A stretch of DNA of 64,000 bases, taken from Blastocatellia bacterium (GTDB taxonomy: Bacteria; Acidobacteriota; Blastocatellia; UBA7656). The position numbers and the translations under genes were made by a program. Positions within the stretch are counted from its first letter, which is position 1. Each line of letters starts with the position of its first letter. Below, in pieces: positions 43,772 through 53,582 of this stretch. The notes under the pieces are model-generated. The model saw nothing but the letters and a program-made list of their open reading frames with translations, did no database searches and was not told the DNA's origin. The DNA is taken from positions 269,653-333,652 of the forward strand of contig CAVXWP010000009.1 in the NCBI GenBank assembly GCA_963765495.1, read 5' to 3'.

Positions 43772-44857
43772 TCAAACCTCGACGCCCTTGGCGGTCACAT
43801 CTCTGATAGGCCTCTCTGTGCGCACAAGGTCTGCGCGAGAGATATAGATAAATCCGCCCGCGATGGCGTTCAGCAATATGGGCGCGAAAGCCAGAAACGA
43901 AAACATTAGCGCCTGCTCGCGCGCGATGCCTGCGCCAGCAAACAGGACTATGAGGGCCCATTCGCGAACGCCAAGCCCGCCCACTGAAATCGGCATCATC
44001 CTGATCAAATCAACAAGCGAGATAAAAGCAAAGATCAGCGGCAATCCGAGCGGCAAGCCCATAGCCTCTGCCACCACGTAACATCCAAGACTCCAAACCA
44101 CCCTTATCAAGACCGATACCAGAACGGTCGAGACGAGCATCCACGGATATTTTCTGAGTTCCGATATTGCTTCAAGCGTGCGCGAGGCGGCTTCGCCAAG
44201 ACGCTCGGCCTTAAATCGCCCGGTCTTAAATCGCCCGGTCTTAAATCGCCCGCCCATCCATCTAAACAATCGCGCGAGCCGCGACGAGACGTAATCGCTC
44301 ATCAAAAGCGACAGCGCGAGGAAGGCGAGCGCGAGCAGCGCCTCGCCCAGGTAGATCAATCGCCCCTCGGGCAGACGACCGTGGCTTGCAACCATTGCGC
44401 CCAGACCTATCAGCAACAGAACGAACAGCCCAACCGTCCTCTCATACACAAGCGTAGAGAGCACGAATGCCTTGTCGTGTATTTCGCGATCTACATAGAC
44501 CAGCCGCGCCACATCGCCGCTTACGCTTCCGCCAGGCACAAAATTGCTGAAAAAGATTCCGATAAGATAATAAACAAAAAGCCGATTTGTATTGATCCTG
44601 TGGCCGCGAACCCTCAGTATCAGGCCCCAGCGATAGGCCATCAGCCAGTTGACCATCACAGTAGCAAGCACCGCAAGCGGCAAAAGCGACACCCGCGTAG
44701 CCCGTATCGCCTCGGCCAATCCGCGAGCATCGGACCTCAGTATGACAATCGCAAGCGCGGTTATGCCTACCGTGATTTGAAGCACTCCGCGCAGGTTCAA
44801 TCCGCGCCGCCGCTCTACTACGGCAACCTCGTTTTCAGAATGACTTTGCGTACTCAT
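43772..44857 (-). CDS. Flippase-like domain protein (UPF0104 / lysylphosphatidylglycerol-synthase TM-region family) carrying an in-frame TGRFK x3 tandem repeat
   Basis: 8 TM helices and the conserved GGSVSGD loop. A 15-bp unit CTTAAATCGCCCGGT repeated 3 times at about 44210-44254 encodes GRFKTGRFKTGRFK. Overlaps the upstream GT2 (ATGA). Confidence 0.65.
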   Translation of the reverse strand: MSTQSHSENEVAVVERRRGLNLRGVLQITVGITALAIVILRSDARGLAEAIRATRVSLLPLAVLATVMVNWLMAYRWGLILRVRGHRINTNRLFVYYLIGIFFSNFVPGGSVSGDVARLVYVDREIHDKAFVLSTLVYERTVGLFVLLLIGLGAMVASHGRLPEGRLIYLGEALLALAFLALSLLMSDYVSSRLARLFRWMGGRFKTGRFKTGRFKAERLGEAASRTLEAISELRKYPWMLVSTVLVSVLIRVVWSLGCYVVAEAMGLPLGLPLIFAFISLVDLIRMMPISVGGLGVREWALIVLFAGAGIAREQALMFSFLAFAPILLNAIAGGFIYISRADLVRTERPIRDVTAKGVEV

Positions 44858-45582
44858 TACTTTGACTGCTGCTTTCCGCGAGGCTTCGAATGAATGTTGA
44901 TCCAGATGCGCGCAAGCTCGGCAAGCGTAGAAAAAACATGACTCGGACGGATGGTTGAACGACCCGCCGGTCTCGGGTAATGCCGCACTCCTATTTCGGC
45001 CATCCTGAAACCGTAGTATCTGGCCTTTGCCAGCACCTCGGCATCGACAAAGAACTTCTTCGATTCGATCTTTATCCGATCAAATATTTCGCGGCGAAAC
45101 AGCTTGAACGCGCAATCAATGTCTCGCACCTTTATCCTGAAGATTATCCTCACAATCAGGTTGAATACCCAGCTTATCACGAGCCGGGTCAGGGGGTCGA
45201 AGCGGTATATGCGGAACCCGCAAACCAGATCGGCGTCCTCGATCAGCGGAAGTAAATCGGTAAGCTCTCGAACATCGAATTGATTATCCGAGTCGGTGTA
45301 AAAGATGAGTTGATGGCGGGCGCTTGTAAAGCCTGTCTTTAGCGCCTCGGCGTACCCTTTGTTTGGATTATGATGCAGCACGCGGATATGATCGGGGTCA
45401 TTACGCGCCAGATGGTCGGCGATCTCGCCCGTGCGATCCCGCGAGCCGTCATTTACTACGATAACCTCCCAATCCTTGAGCGGAAGCGACCGCAGCACAT
45501 CGGCCATTCGGGTTGTGGCCGTCTCGATATTCTCTTCTTCGTTATAGGCCGGAAGTACGGCTGAGATGCTGTCAAAAGGCAT
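44857..45582 (-). CDS. GT2-family glycosyltransferase (dolichyl-phosphate glucosyl/mannosyltransferase-like)
   Basis: AVLPAYNEEENI, VVNDGSRDRT and TDSDNQ motifs of GT-A polyprenyl-phosphate glycosyltransferases. Confidence 0.8.
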   Translation of the reverse strand: MPFDSISAVLPAYNEEENIETATTRMADVLRSLPLKDWEVIVVNDGSRDRTGEIADHLARNDPDHIRVLHHNPNKGYAEALKTGFTSARHQLIFYTDSDNQFDVRELTDLLPLIEDADLVCGFRIYRFDPLTRLVISWVFNLIVRIIFRIKVRDIDCAFKLFRREIFDRIKIESKKFFVDAEVLAKARYYGFRMAEIGVRHYPRPAGRSTIRPSHVFSTLAELARIWINIHSKPRGKQQSK

Positions 45583-45698
45583 AGAGTGATCCGTGATGCG
45601 CGATACGCGATACGTGATTCGTGATTCGTGACCGGACCTGACAGCCAGTCAGCGTTTCCCTGCTATCTCCCTATAAATCACGCATCACACATCACGCA

Positions 45699-47378
45699 TT
45701 ATCCAAGGTATCCCCAGCCGCGCAGACGCTCGCGTATCTCTTCGCTCTCTTCATCGGTCATCGCACCGGCTTTCTCGGCTTCCACTTCGGCAACGGCGTC
45801 GGAAATTCTCACGGGATTGGCCCGCATGTACTCTTCGGTGAAGATCTCTTCCAGCACGCGGCCGTCCATATCCGACGGCACTTCCACGCCAAAGCTGTGA
45901 AGGATGGTCGGCGCGTAATCGATTATTCGCGCTCCCTCAACCGTAGCGCCGCGACGAAGCTCCGGCCCGCGCCCAAGCATTATGCCGTGCATGCGGTGGT
46001 CGCCTGAATTGCCGTAGACCTGAGTGATGAATTTGTTCGATGTGAGATCGAGCGTGCCAAGAGGTTTGTTCGACATATCGGCGGGCAAAAACTGTATGTC
46101 GGGCGACTCGTCGCTGTGCGGCCCCGTGTAGAGGTCTTCGCGCCGCCAGATGGGGCCGATCAACGCCTGGCCGGTTTCGGGGTCCGAGAGCGCGCCAAGC
46201 TTGCCGATGATCGACTCCAGTGTGCGATCATACTCAGCGCCCGGCTCGACTATCCCGTGCTTTTCGCGCCCGCGCAGGTTGATAAATATCTGCCCGTAAT
46301 TGCCCTTTGAAAAGGCCGTTGTCCGCGACCAGTCTACGTCTTCGAGCGAAAGCATCAGCATATTGGCCAGCTTCATCAGGCTCGAGCGATTTGTCACGCC
46401 TACGGAAAGACGCAAGTGAGCAAGCCCCAGTTTCATAGCCGAGCGATAGGCCAGATCAGGCGTAAGCCCGAGCCTGAACAGCACCCGCTTCATCCGCGTC
46501 ATCGCATCGCGCTTCAACACAAGCAAGCCTTCGTTTATCAGCCACACGTTAAAGCAGAGGAATTTCTTTATAGGCCCGAATCCGTGATCCGATCCCATAT
46601 AAATAGTCGCGTCCTCGCCTGCTTCATCAAACATCTCGCCAAGCGTAGTGTCTACCGCGTGCCAGTATTCGTGAATGCGTCCGATGTGGGCCAGATGCTC
46701 TTTGCGATTAAAGAAAGGGTGCGTCTCGTCGAGCAGATGCCACAGTTCGTGCTGAAACCTGTCGGTCCCCCAGTAGTGAGTGGCAAAGACATCCCAGCCG
46801 TATTCGTTCATCAGGTAGCGGTTGACTTTGGTCTTATATTCGAGTTCTTCAAATAGCTGGTTGAGAATCTTATCCACATTGCCGGGCGTATAGACCTCGG
46901 TAATGTAAAGCTGGTACGGGCCGAATCGCGACTCGATTTCCTTTAGCAGGCTCTCGGGATAGGTGAAGTCCTGGCGGCCTCGCGGGGTGAGAAAATCCGA
47001 GACCATAAGTCCGTTTGCCATCATGGGCGGATAGGTGCAGGGCATATTCGTGACTATGGCCTGCCGACCCATGCGGCCAAGTATGTCCCAGAAAGGAAGC
47101 CCGTCGCGCGCCCTGGAACTGACGGGCATATCGGGCAGTTCGCCCGAATCCTTGCGCCGGAGCAAAAACTCGAATATGCCGTGTTTTCCGGGATTTTTGC
47201 CGGTCATCCACGACACCCAGGCGGTCGGCGTGATCGGCGGAATAGTGGTTTCAAGCAATCCGCGAACGCCTTCACTGATAAAGGCGGAGAGTCGGGGCAT
47301 CAAGCCCTCTTTCATCAACGGATCGAGAACGTCGAATGTCGAGCCATCAAGGCCGATGAATAGAACTTTTTTACTCAT
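45699..47378 (-). CDS. Cytoplasmic alkaline-phosphatase-superfamily enzyme (type I phosphodiesterase/NPP-like), paralog 1, with the C-terminal EE..RERLRGWGYLG tail
   Basis: AP-superfamily metal ligands: GLDG near the N-terminus, nucleophile region PPITPTAW and SDHGFG. No signal peptide. ATG at 47378 (MSKKVLFIGLDG). Confidence 0.7.
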   Translation of the reverse strand: MSKKVLFIGLDGSTFDVLDPLMKEGLMPRLSAFISEGVRGLLETTIPPITPTAWVSWMTGKNPGKHGIFEFLLRRKDSGELPDMPVSSRARDGLPFWDILGRMGRQAIVTNMPCTYPPMMANGLMVSDFLTPRGRQDFTYPESLLKEIESRFGPYQLYITEVYTPGNVDKILNQLFEELEYKTKVNRYLMNEYGWDVFATHYWGTDRFQHELWHLLDETHPFFNRKEHLAHIGRIHEYWHAVDTTLGEMFDEAGEDATIYMGSDHGFGPIKKFLCFNVWLINEGLLVLKRDAMTRMKRVLFRLGLTPDLAYRSAMKLGLAHLRLSVGVTNRSSLMKLANMLMLSLEDVDWSRTTAFSKGNYGQIFINLRGREKHGIVEPGAEYDRTLESIIGKLGALSDPETGQALIGPIWRREDLYTGPHSDESPDIQFLPADMSNKPLGTLDLTSNKFITQVYGNSGDHRMHGIMLGRGPELRRGATVEGARIIDYAPTILHSFGVEVPSDMDGRVLEEIFTEEYMRANPVRISDAVAEVEAEKAGAMTDEESEEIRERLRGWGYLG

Positions 47379-47439
47379 AACAAAAGACCGGAAAATATAA
47401 CTGATGAGTGCGCGGATTTCAACCGCACCCGTCCTGGCG

Positions 47440-47580
47440 ACAGGGCTGTAACAAAGTCGGGTGGAAATGTAGGGGCAGGGCTTGTCCCTGCCCGGATCGC
47501 CCAAAGGGCGATGACAGCGATTCGGGCAGGGACAAGCCCTGCCCCTACATTACATTTCAAGCTACTTTGTTATAGCCCTG
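47440..47580. repeat. Nested ~140-bp palindrome containing two inverted copies of the GGGCAGGGACAAGCCCTGCCC(CTACATT) REP-like hairpin plus a GATCGCCCAAAGGGCGATGAC mini-hairpin, bounded by CAGGGCTGTAACAAAGT / ACTTTGTTATAGCCCTG
   Basis: Intergenic, between AP-family paralog 1 (start 47378) and the Wzx stop (47669). The same REP-like unit occurs inside the GT4 coding sequence at about 38640-38705. Confidence 0.7.
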
Positions 47581-47668
47581 GTCTTGGCGAGAAGTTCAGT
47601 TTCCCGCAAAAAATTGATCAGGATTGTCACGTGATACGGGCAGGCTAAAAACTGACCTTCCCACCCAT

Positions 47669-49141
47669 TCAATCCTTCAATCCCAACTGGGTTTCATTCC
47701 AACTGCGATGCTTCAACAAAACCAGCGCCCGGCTCCAGTATTCCGACATCCGGCGCCGCTCTTTCTCGTCATAGAAACGCAAGCCGAAAAGCAGGAGCGG
47801 AAACGACAGCGCGAGCACTACCTTGATCAATATTGACAGATAGAGCCTGCCCCGGCTTTGCGTTTCGCCCCGCAGAAAATCTATCAGATAAAAGAGCGCC
47901 GTAATCCCTCCGCCAACCATCCCGATTGTAAATACCCTCCCCCACTCATAACGGACTTTGAAGAAAAGATTCGAGACCTTGTACCTCAAAACGCAAAAGA
48001 AGAGGTATGAGAGCAATGTAGCCACCGTAGCGCCCAGCACGGCATAACGCGGTATCAACAGAAAATTCAACGCTATGTTTACAAGCAGCGCGGCTGTCGT
48101 CACGATTGGCGCGTAGATGGTCCGCTTCCTGAGCGTTATGCCTATGTTCAGCACGCGAGTGGCGCTATCGAGCACGGCAGACATCGCAAGCAAGGGGATG
48201 ATGGTCGCGGCGGGCCAGTAGCTTTTCAGGCCATAGAGTCTCAGGCCGTCCCCGGCTACCGATGATATGCCGAGCGCCAGAAACATGCTGACGAGCGCGA
48301 TATAGGTGAGCACCCGCGAGTAATATTCTTCGGCTCCCTCTTCATTCATCACCGAAAATCGCATGACGGTCCAGACCTGGCTGAAGGGAACGGTCACAAG
48401 GATAGTCACTACCGAAATCAGCGTGTTCGACATGGCATAGACGCCAAGCTCTTTGTCGGTGCCGTATCGTTCGAGAAAGAAGCGGTCGATCATCATAAAG
48501 AGCGTGAACGATATCTGTCCGAATATCAGCGGCGTGCCAAAGGTGAGCATTCCGCGCAACTCTGAAAATGAAAAGGTGAGCCTCAACTCGCGCCAGACGA
48601 CAAGGAAAAATATCACCGCCTCAAAGATGGTTCCCGCAAGCCGGCCTATCAAAACATTTTCAACCGAGGCATCGACCACTACGACAAGGTAAGAGATCGC
48701 AAGCAACTGAAATACGAAGGCTATGATGTTGAGTATCGAATAGCGTGTCGAGCGAAAATTCACTCTCAGGATCGTATCTGGGATGAGCGTTATGATGTCG
48801 AAAAACCCTATATAAAAAATCAGGCGTAAGAGGTTTGCCCGGCTCGCGTCGCCCGAAAATACAAGCCAGGAAATCTGCGGCGCGAGCATGTATAATGCGC
48901 CTGTGAATAGCGCAGACGACAGGAGCAGAAAAATGAGCGTAGTGCCTACGATACGATGGCGATGCTCGGGGTCTTCCGTGTCATAGTAATGGCGGAAAAA
49001 TGCCTGATTCAGGCCGAATTTCAGCACTATGGTCTCAAGCGTCAGCACTATCATGACAAGCGACAGAATGCCGAACTCTCTGGCCGTCAGGTGCCGCGCA
49101 TAGATCGGGACCAGGACAAGGCCGAAGGCGCTGTTTACCAC
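47669..49141 (-). CDS. MOP-superfamily polysaccharide/O-antigen flippase (Wzx-like)
   Basis: 490 aa, about 14 TM helices, GTG start with a GGAAG SD. Confidence 0.7.
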   Translation of the reverse strand: MVNSAFGLVLVPIYARHLTAREFGILSLVMIVLTLETIVLKFGLNQAFFRHYYDTEDPEHRHRIVGTTLIFLLLSSALFTGALYMLAPQISWLVFSGDASRANLLRLIFYIGFFDIITLIPDTILRVNFRSTRYSILNIIAFVFQLLAISYLVVVVDASVENVLIGRLAGTIFEAVIFFLVVWRELRLTFSFSELRGMLTFGTPLIFGQISFTLFMMIDRFFLERYGTDKELGVYAMSNTLISVVTILVTVPFSQVWTVMRFSVMNEEGAEEYYSRVLTYIALVSMFLALGISSVAGDGLRLYGLKSYWPAATIIPLLAMSAVLDSATRVLNIGITLRKRTIYAPIVTTAALLVNIALNFLLIPRYAVLGATVATLLSYLFFCVLRYKVSNLFFKVRYEWGRVFTIGMVGGGITALFYLIDFLRGETQSRGRLYLSILIKVVLALSFPLLLFGLRFYDEKERRRMSEYWSRALVLLKHRSWNETQLGLKD

Positions 49142-49206
49142 GCTTCCGATCCCGAATATGAGCGTGTGCTTTACGGTCTTTTTTATCTTGTCGTAAATCG
49201 TAACCC

Positions 49207-51873
49207 TTACTCCTGTCGAGCCGCGCGTCTCTGTCTTCGCACAAACGCTATGATCAGAAACGCAAAGACGACTCCCGCCCCGGCCAGGCTCGCATAAACG
49301 GAAGACCAGAAGGCTGCGGGCGCAAATTGAAATGATACCACATGACCGCCGGGCGGCACTCTTACGGCCCGCATGGTGATATTGGCTTGCAGGATGTCGG
49401 CAGGCTCCCCGTCAATCGTAGCCCTCCAGCCGGGATAGTAATTATCGCTCAGCACCAGCAGGCCGCCCTGTTCGCTTTCCGTAGAGATCACAACCCGGTT
49501 GCGAGCGTCTTCGGTTATCCGAGCCTCGCCGCCGGATTTGAGATTTGAGATTTGAGATTTGAAATCTGGGGTTTCAGATTGCGAATTATCAGGCGCTTCG
49601 ATGACGGCAGTCGTGTGAGGGTCGAAACCCGGATCGTTCATCGCCGAGATCGCATACGAATGGTTGGGAACCGTCTCCGCCTGCTCCGCAAAGAACGCGC
49701 GCGGCAGGGCCTGTTTGTTCTCATAAACCGCGATTCCCTCTTCCGAGGCAATCAGGTCATAGCCTTCAAGAGGCGGGAGCGAACTGTGAGTCAGCACATA
49801 CCTGACATTCAACAGGTCGAAATATCGAGAGCGGGCCTGATCGAAGACTACGTGGCTCAAGTAGGGCTGTTTCTCGATGAGCGCGGCATACTGGCGATAC
49901 CACTTTGGAAACTGCTGATTCTTTCCCGTCACGGTCGAGATGCGATAGGGCAGCAGAGTGTTTGGCGGGGCGATGATCTTCTCTCTATCGGGCAAATCCG
50001 ACGCCCGGCGATTCGTGTCGAGATCGGAAGGGACTATGAGCACGCGGCCCGGTGGGAGCCGGTGCAACAATTCGGTTATCTTTGTTTCGGGAAAGACACG
50101 CGAGCGATCAAAGGTCGGGTTGAATTGCGCGCTGTTCCAGAAGAGGTCTACTAAAAGCATTAGCATCAACAGGGCAAAAAAAGCTCTGCTACTCAACTGC
50201 GACGAAGCGAATTTGCTCAGCAGGATTACAACTCCGACAATCAGCGCGAGCGGTATGATCAGCGCGGCATCGGGCGGCGTAAACTGAGCGGCAAGCGCGG
50301 CTGCCGATCTTCGCAGGAAAGCGATTTTACCCGATTGCTCGTTGTCCAGGGCGAATCCGGTTAGCTCTAACAGGTAAGACGCGATGACTCCTAAAATCAC
50401 AAATGCGATTGCTCCCCACAGAAACTTTCGAGCGATGCGGGCAAAAGAAGCTAGCAGGTCCGGCTTCGCACTCAAGAGCAAATCGATTCCAAACGCGGCA
50501 AGCACAGCCGCCGCGAATATGAACAGTACCCAGGCGCGAACTATCACGCGAATGACCTGCAAGACGGGGATAAACCTCGTCATATGAACATAAATCGGAG
50601 CCGCAATCATTATGACCAGAGCAAGGGCGGCAAGCAGGGCGAAGAAGACGACGCGGGGACGCTGAGACGCTGAGAGGCGGCGATTCTGTTTCAGCCAGAA
50701 AAGGCCGAAGCCGAGCGGGGCAAGCGCGGCAATGCCCATATACAGGATGTGGTCGTGCGAGACTCCGAGCGCGGTAAAGATTCTGACTATTTCGGCGTCG
50801 TCGGCCGTGCCAAAGAGATTAGGAAAAACCAGCGTAAACAGATACCACGGGGGCAAGTAGATGTAACCCAGTTCCGTTGGCACTATGCGCCGGTTTGAAA
50901 ATCTGAGCAATTGCATCACGGGAATCCACGCGGGGGCCGCAAGCAGGAAACCTACCACGAGAGTTACGGCAAGCATCCCGAGCGCATTCAAGTTTTTCTT
51001 TGACCGCCAGTTCTTGAATTCGAATGCAAAGAATAGGTAGTAGAGCGCAATCGCGCCTACGTAATAAATCTGGTTCTGCATCCATCCGCAATAAAATTGC
51101 AGCGCCAGGAAGACGCCCGCGATAATCGCCTGCGTGTAGCTCTGCTGCCTTGCGGCGCGGTCTACGAACAGCAGGATCAGCGGCAGCCACATAAGCCCGC
51201 CCCACCATCCAAGCCCCGTAACGTGTAATAACGAATGCGACGACAGAACGAATACGAGCGCGCCAAGCAGGCTGGCGGGCTCGCTCGCGCCCACTCCGAT
51301 AAGAAAGATGTACATGAAGATTGCCGCAAGCATCAGTTCAAAGATGCGGGCGAGTGAATAGCCTAGCGGCACGTCAAAGAATTTATAGAAAAGCAGAAAA
51401 GGCGAAAGCGTTCTGGTCACTCCGTCGGCATAGATGGGGTGCCCCGCCATCGTGTAGGGATTCCACAACGGCATCTCTCCATCGCGGTACGCCTGAACCA
51501 CAAAGTAATCGCGCGTTATATAGGTATCGGTCAGATCGCGGCGGTTGTAGTTGTAATCGATGCTCTCGCCCGCGTAGTACCCCCAGGGAAGCTGATTGTT
51601 GAGCGTGGCTACATCGACAAAAGTCTCGCCAAGAAAGAGCACCCGCCAGAACAGGGCTATGATAACCAGCGCGAGAAACGAGGCATTTACAGCGTGGCGC
51701 TGAAAGGATGAAGGATGAGGGATGAGGGATTTCAGGAGGGATAAGGGATGAGGGATGAGGGATTTCAGGAGGGATGAGGGATGAGGGATGAGGGATGAAA
51801 AGGACTCTGAGGAATTATCCTGATAACCAGCGGGCCGCTTTTCATCAGACTGTCGCGTCAGAATCTTTTTCAT
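49207..51873 (-). CDS. YfhO-like large polytopic membrane protein (putative GT-C glycosyltransferase); N-terminal boundary uncertain
   Basis: Multi-TM N-terminal body and the conserved YfhO-type C-terminal region LSDNYYPGWRATIDGEP...GGHVVSFQF plus a final TM. The 5-prime ~170 nt of the listed ORF is built from the GGGATGA heptamer-repeat element (SLIPHP repeats), so the true start may be downstream. An in-frame TTTGAGA heptamer block sits at about 49531-49565. Confidence 0.55.
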   Translation of the reverse strand: MKKILTRQSDEKRPAGYQDNSSESFSSLIPHPSSLLKSLIPHPLSLLKSLIPHPSSFQRHAVNASFLALVIIALFWRVLFLGETFVDVATLNNQLPWGYYAGESIDYNYNRRDLTDTYITRDYFVVQAYRDGEMPLWNPYTMAGHPIYADGVTRTLSPFLLFYKFFDVPLGYSLARIFELMLAAIFMYIFLIGVGASEPASLLGALVFVLSSHSLLHVTGLGWWGGLMWLPLILLFVDRAARQQSYTQAIIAGVFLALQFYCGWMQNQIYYVGAIALYYLFFAFEFKNWRSKKNLNALGMLAVTLVVGFLLAAPAWIPVMQLLRFSNRRIVPTELGYIYLPPWYLFTLVFPNLFGTADDAEIVRIFTALGVSHDHILYMGIAALAPLGFGLFWLKQNRRLSASQRPRVVFFALLAALALVIMIAAPIYVHMTRFIPVLQVIRVIVRAWVLFIFAAAVLAAFGIDLLLSAKPDLLASFARIARKFLWGAIAFVILGVIASYLLELTGFALDNEQSGKIAFLRRSAAALAAQFTPPDAALIIPLALIVGVVILLSKFASSQLSSRAFFALLMLMLLVDLFWNSAQFNPTFDRSRVFPETKITELLHRLPPGRVLIVPSDLDTNRRASDLPDREKIIAPPNTLLPYRISTVTGKNQQFPKWYRQYAALIEKQPYLSHVVFDQARSRYFDLLNVRYVLTHSSLPPLEGYDLIASEEGIAVYENKQALPRAFFAEQAETVPNHSYAISAMNDPGFDPHTTAVIEAPDNSQSETPDFKSQISNLKSGGEARITEDARNRVVISTESEQGGLLVLSDNYYPGWRATIDGEPADILQANITMRAVRVPPGGHVVSFQFAPAAFWSSVYASLAGAGVVFAFLIIAFVRRQRRAARQE

Positions 51874-51900
51874 CCCTCATCCCTCATCCCTCATCCCTCA
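51703..51900. repeat. Second, expanded copy of the GGGATGA-heptamer palindromic element (internally duplicated left arm)
   Basis: GGATGAAGGATGAGGGATGAGGGATTTCAGGAGGGATAAGGGATGAGGGATGAGGGATTTCAGGAGGGATGAGGGATGAGGGATGAGGGATGAAAA - spacer - TTTTTCATCCCTCATCCCTCATCCCTCATCCCTCA. Confidence 0.7.
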
Positions 51901-53541
51901 AAGGTATCCCAGGCTGCGTAGTTTTTCTTCGATTAATTTTTCTTCCGATTCGGTCAGCCTGCTTTCAGGCGCGGACGAAGTGGAAGCGGGTGAATCGGTT
52001 TGCAAAGGATGTTGAGCCAGAAAATCATCGGCGCAGGCTTCCGTTAAGACGCGCCCGTCGAGGTCGCCGGGTACGGGAAGCCCGGCCAGATACATAATCG
52101 TTGGAACAAGGTCGTAAACCGTGGGCGAAGCAATCGCGGCTTGCGGGCGTATGCCGGGCCCTTTGCAAATCAGGATGCCTTCCTGTCTGTGGTCGCCACT
52201 CCACCAGAACCCGCGAGCGCGCACCTCGTCGGGCGGCTCGCCAAGATTCGCCTGCGTATTCCAGTAAACATACAGGTCGCTTGCTCGGGTGGTGAACGGG
52301 CCTCGGTAGACCTCATCGCGCATGGCTACGCGCTCGACCACAGGGTTGCCGCGCGCATCGGTCCACTGGCTCAATTTTTCGATGATCTGTTTGCAGGTCT
52401 TTTTATAGTCTGCGGCAGGGACGCGGCCTTCCGCATTGCGTCCGGCAAGATTGATGTTTATAACGTGGCGGCCCGGTTCCGTGTAAGCCATGGTGCGCGA
52501 CCAGTCGATTGATGAGTAAAACGAATCTTTTTCAACCGCCTGCAATCTTTCGACGCGAGATGCGCCCATGCCCGATTTGATCTTTTCTCTGATCGAGGGA
52601 GGCAGCAGAGTGCGCGCCGCGCGTTTGCCCGCGCCTATCAAAGAGGCGCGAGTCTGAGCCTGATTGCTGCGCGTCATGAAGCCGTTTGATTCGAGCCATT
52701 CGGCCAGATGATAAGACGCGCCCGTGTGCGGTCCCATACCATGATCTGAAATGACGTAGACCTGAGTGCTGCTGTCTGCGTGCTTCAATAAAACGGCCAT
52801 CGCAGAATCGAGCGCCTTATAGATCGAAAGCAACGCATCGCCCGACCCAACGGCCCCGGCCTTTTCAGGCTCGTCTTGATTATGGTCGAGATACCTCCAG
52901 AGGTTATGGCCGCCCCAGTCGCTTGCGGTGTAAACGGTCATGAAAAAATCTGTGGAGCGCGACTCCAAGAGGTATTCGGCGGCGGCGGTCTGAGCTTCGA
53001 TCAGCTTCATCCAGAGGGCTATCGCATCATCGATCCGACCCGCGCTCATCAAATCGCCAAGCCCCTGCGGCGTGAAGTGATAATCGGGAACGCGCGCGAG
53101 CAACTGAGAGCGAAGCTCTGCGGGAGAGAACGCATCTTCATTTAGTGCCGGAGCATCGAGACCACTCACAAGGAATCCGCCCGGCGCGCACTCGGCCGGG
53201 TAAGTCATCGGCACGTTGAGAAACCCCGAGGTCAAACCGTGTCGGTGAAGGTGCGCGCCTACGAGTTCGCCGTGCCGGTCTCCGCCTTTGAAAAAGACCT
53301 GGCGGCCTGTCTCGAAATCCCGATCCGAAAAGACAAACAATCCGTGGCGACCGGGATTGAGTCCCGTAAGAATGGAGGTCCACGCCGATGCGCTGTGCAT
53401 ATTCGGGGTTGATAGAAAACGCGAGCTTGCGCCTTCCTCGATCAACCCGGCGATGACAGGCAACTGGCCCGCCCGACACCACGGCTCAATCAAATCCATC
53501 GTAGCCGCATCGAGTCCGATGACTAAAATCTTTGGCTTCAT
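51898..53541 (-). CDS. Cytoplasmic AP-superfamily (phosphodiesterase/NPP-like) enzyme, paralog 2, ending ...SEEKLIEEKLRSLGYL
   Basis: MKPKILVIGLDAAT, nucleophile region STPNMHSASAW and SDHGMG. No signal peptide. Confidence 0.7.
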   Translation of the reverse strand: MKPKILVIGLDAATMDLIEPWCRAGQLPVIAGLIEEGASSRFLSTPNMHSASAWTSILTGLNPGRHGLFVFSDRDFETGRQVFFKGGDRHGELVGAHLHRHGLTSGFLNVPMTYPAECAPGGFLVSGLDAPALNEDAFSPAELRSQLLARVPDYHFTPQGLGDLMSAGRIDDAIALWMKLIEAQTAAAEYLLESRSTDFFMTVYTASDWGGHNLWRYLDHNQDEPEKAGAVGSGDALLSIYKALDSAMAVLLKHADSSTQVYVISDHGMGPHTGASYHLAEWLESNGFMTRSNQAQTRASLIGAGKRAARTLLPPSIREKIKSGMGASRVERLQAVEKDSFYSSIDWSRTMAYTEPGRHVININLAGRNAEGRVPAADYKKTCKQIIEKLSQWTDARGNPVVERVAMRDEVYRGPFTTRASDLYVYWNTQANLGEPPDEVRARGFWWSGDHRQEGILICKGPGIRPQAAIASPTVYDLVPTIMYLAGLPVPGDLDGRVLTEACADDFLAQHPLQTDSPASTSSAPESRLTESEEKLIEEKLRSLGYL

Positions 53542-53582
53542 AGAAAACTTCGGGTCTCAAATCTCAAATCTCAAACCTGAGA

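Noticed and set aside
47375-47560. ORF 47375..47560 (-), which shares NVGAGLVPARIA with the GT4 protein.
   Set aside because: It is generated by the REP-like GGGCAGGGACAAGCCCTGCCC element in an intergenic nested palindrome. It is not a gene.
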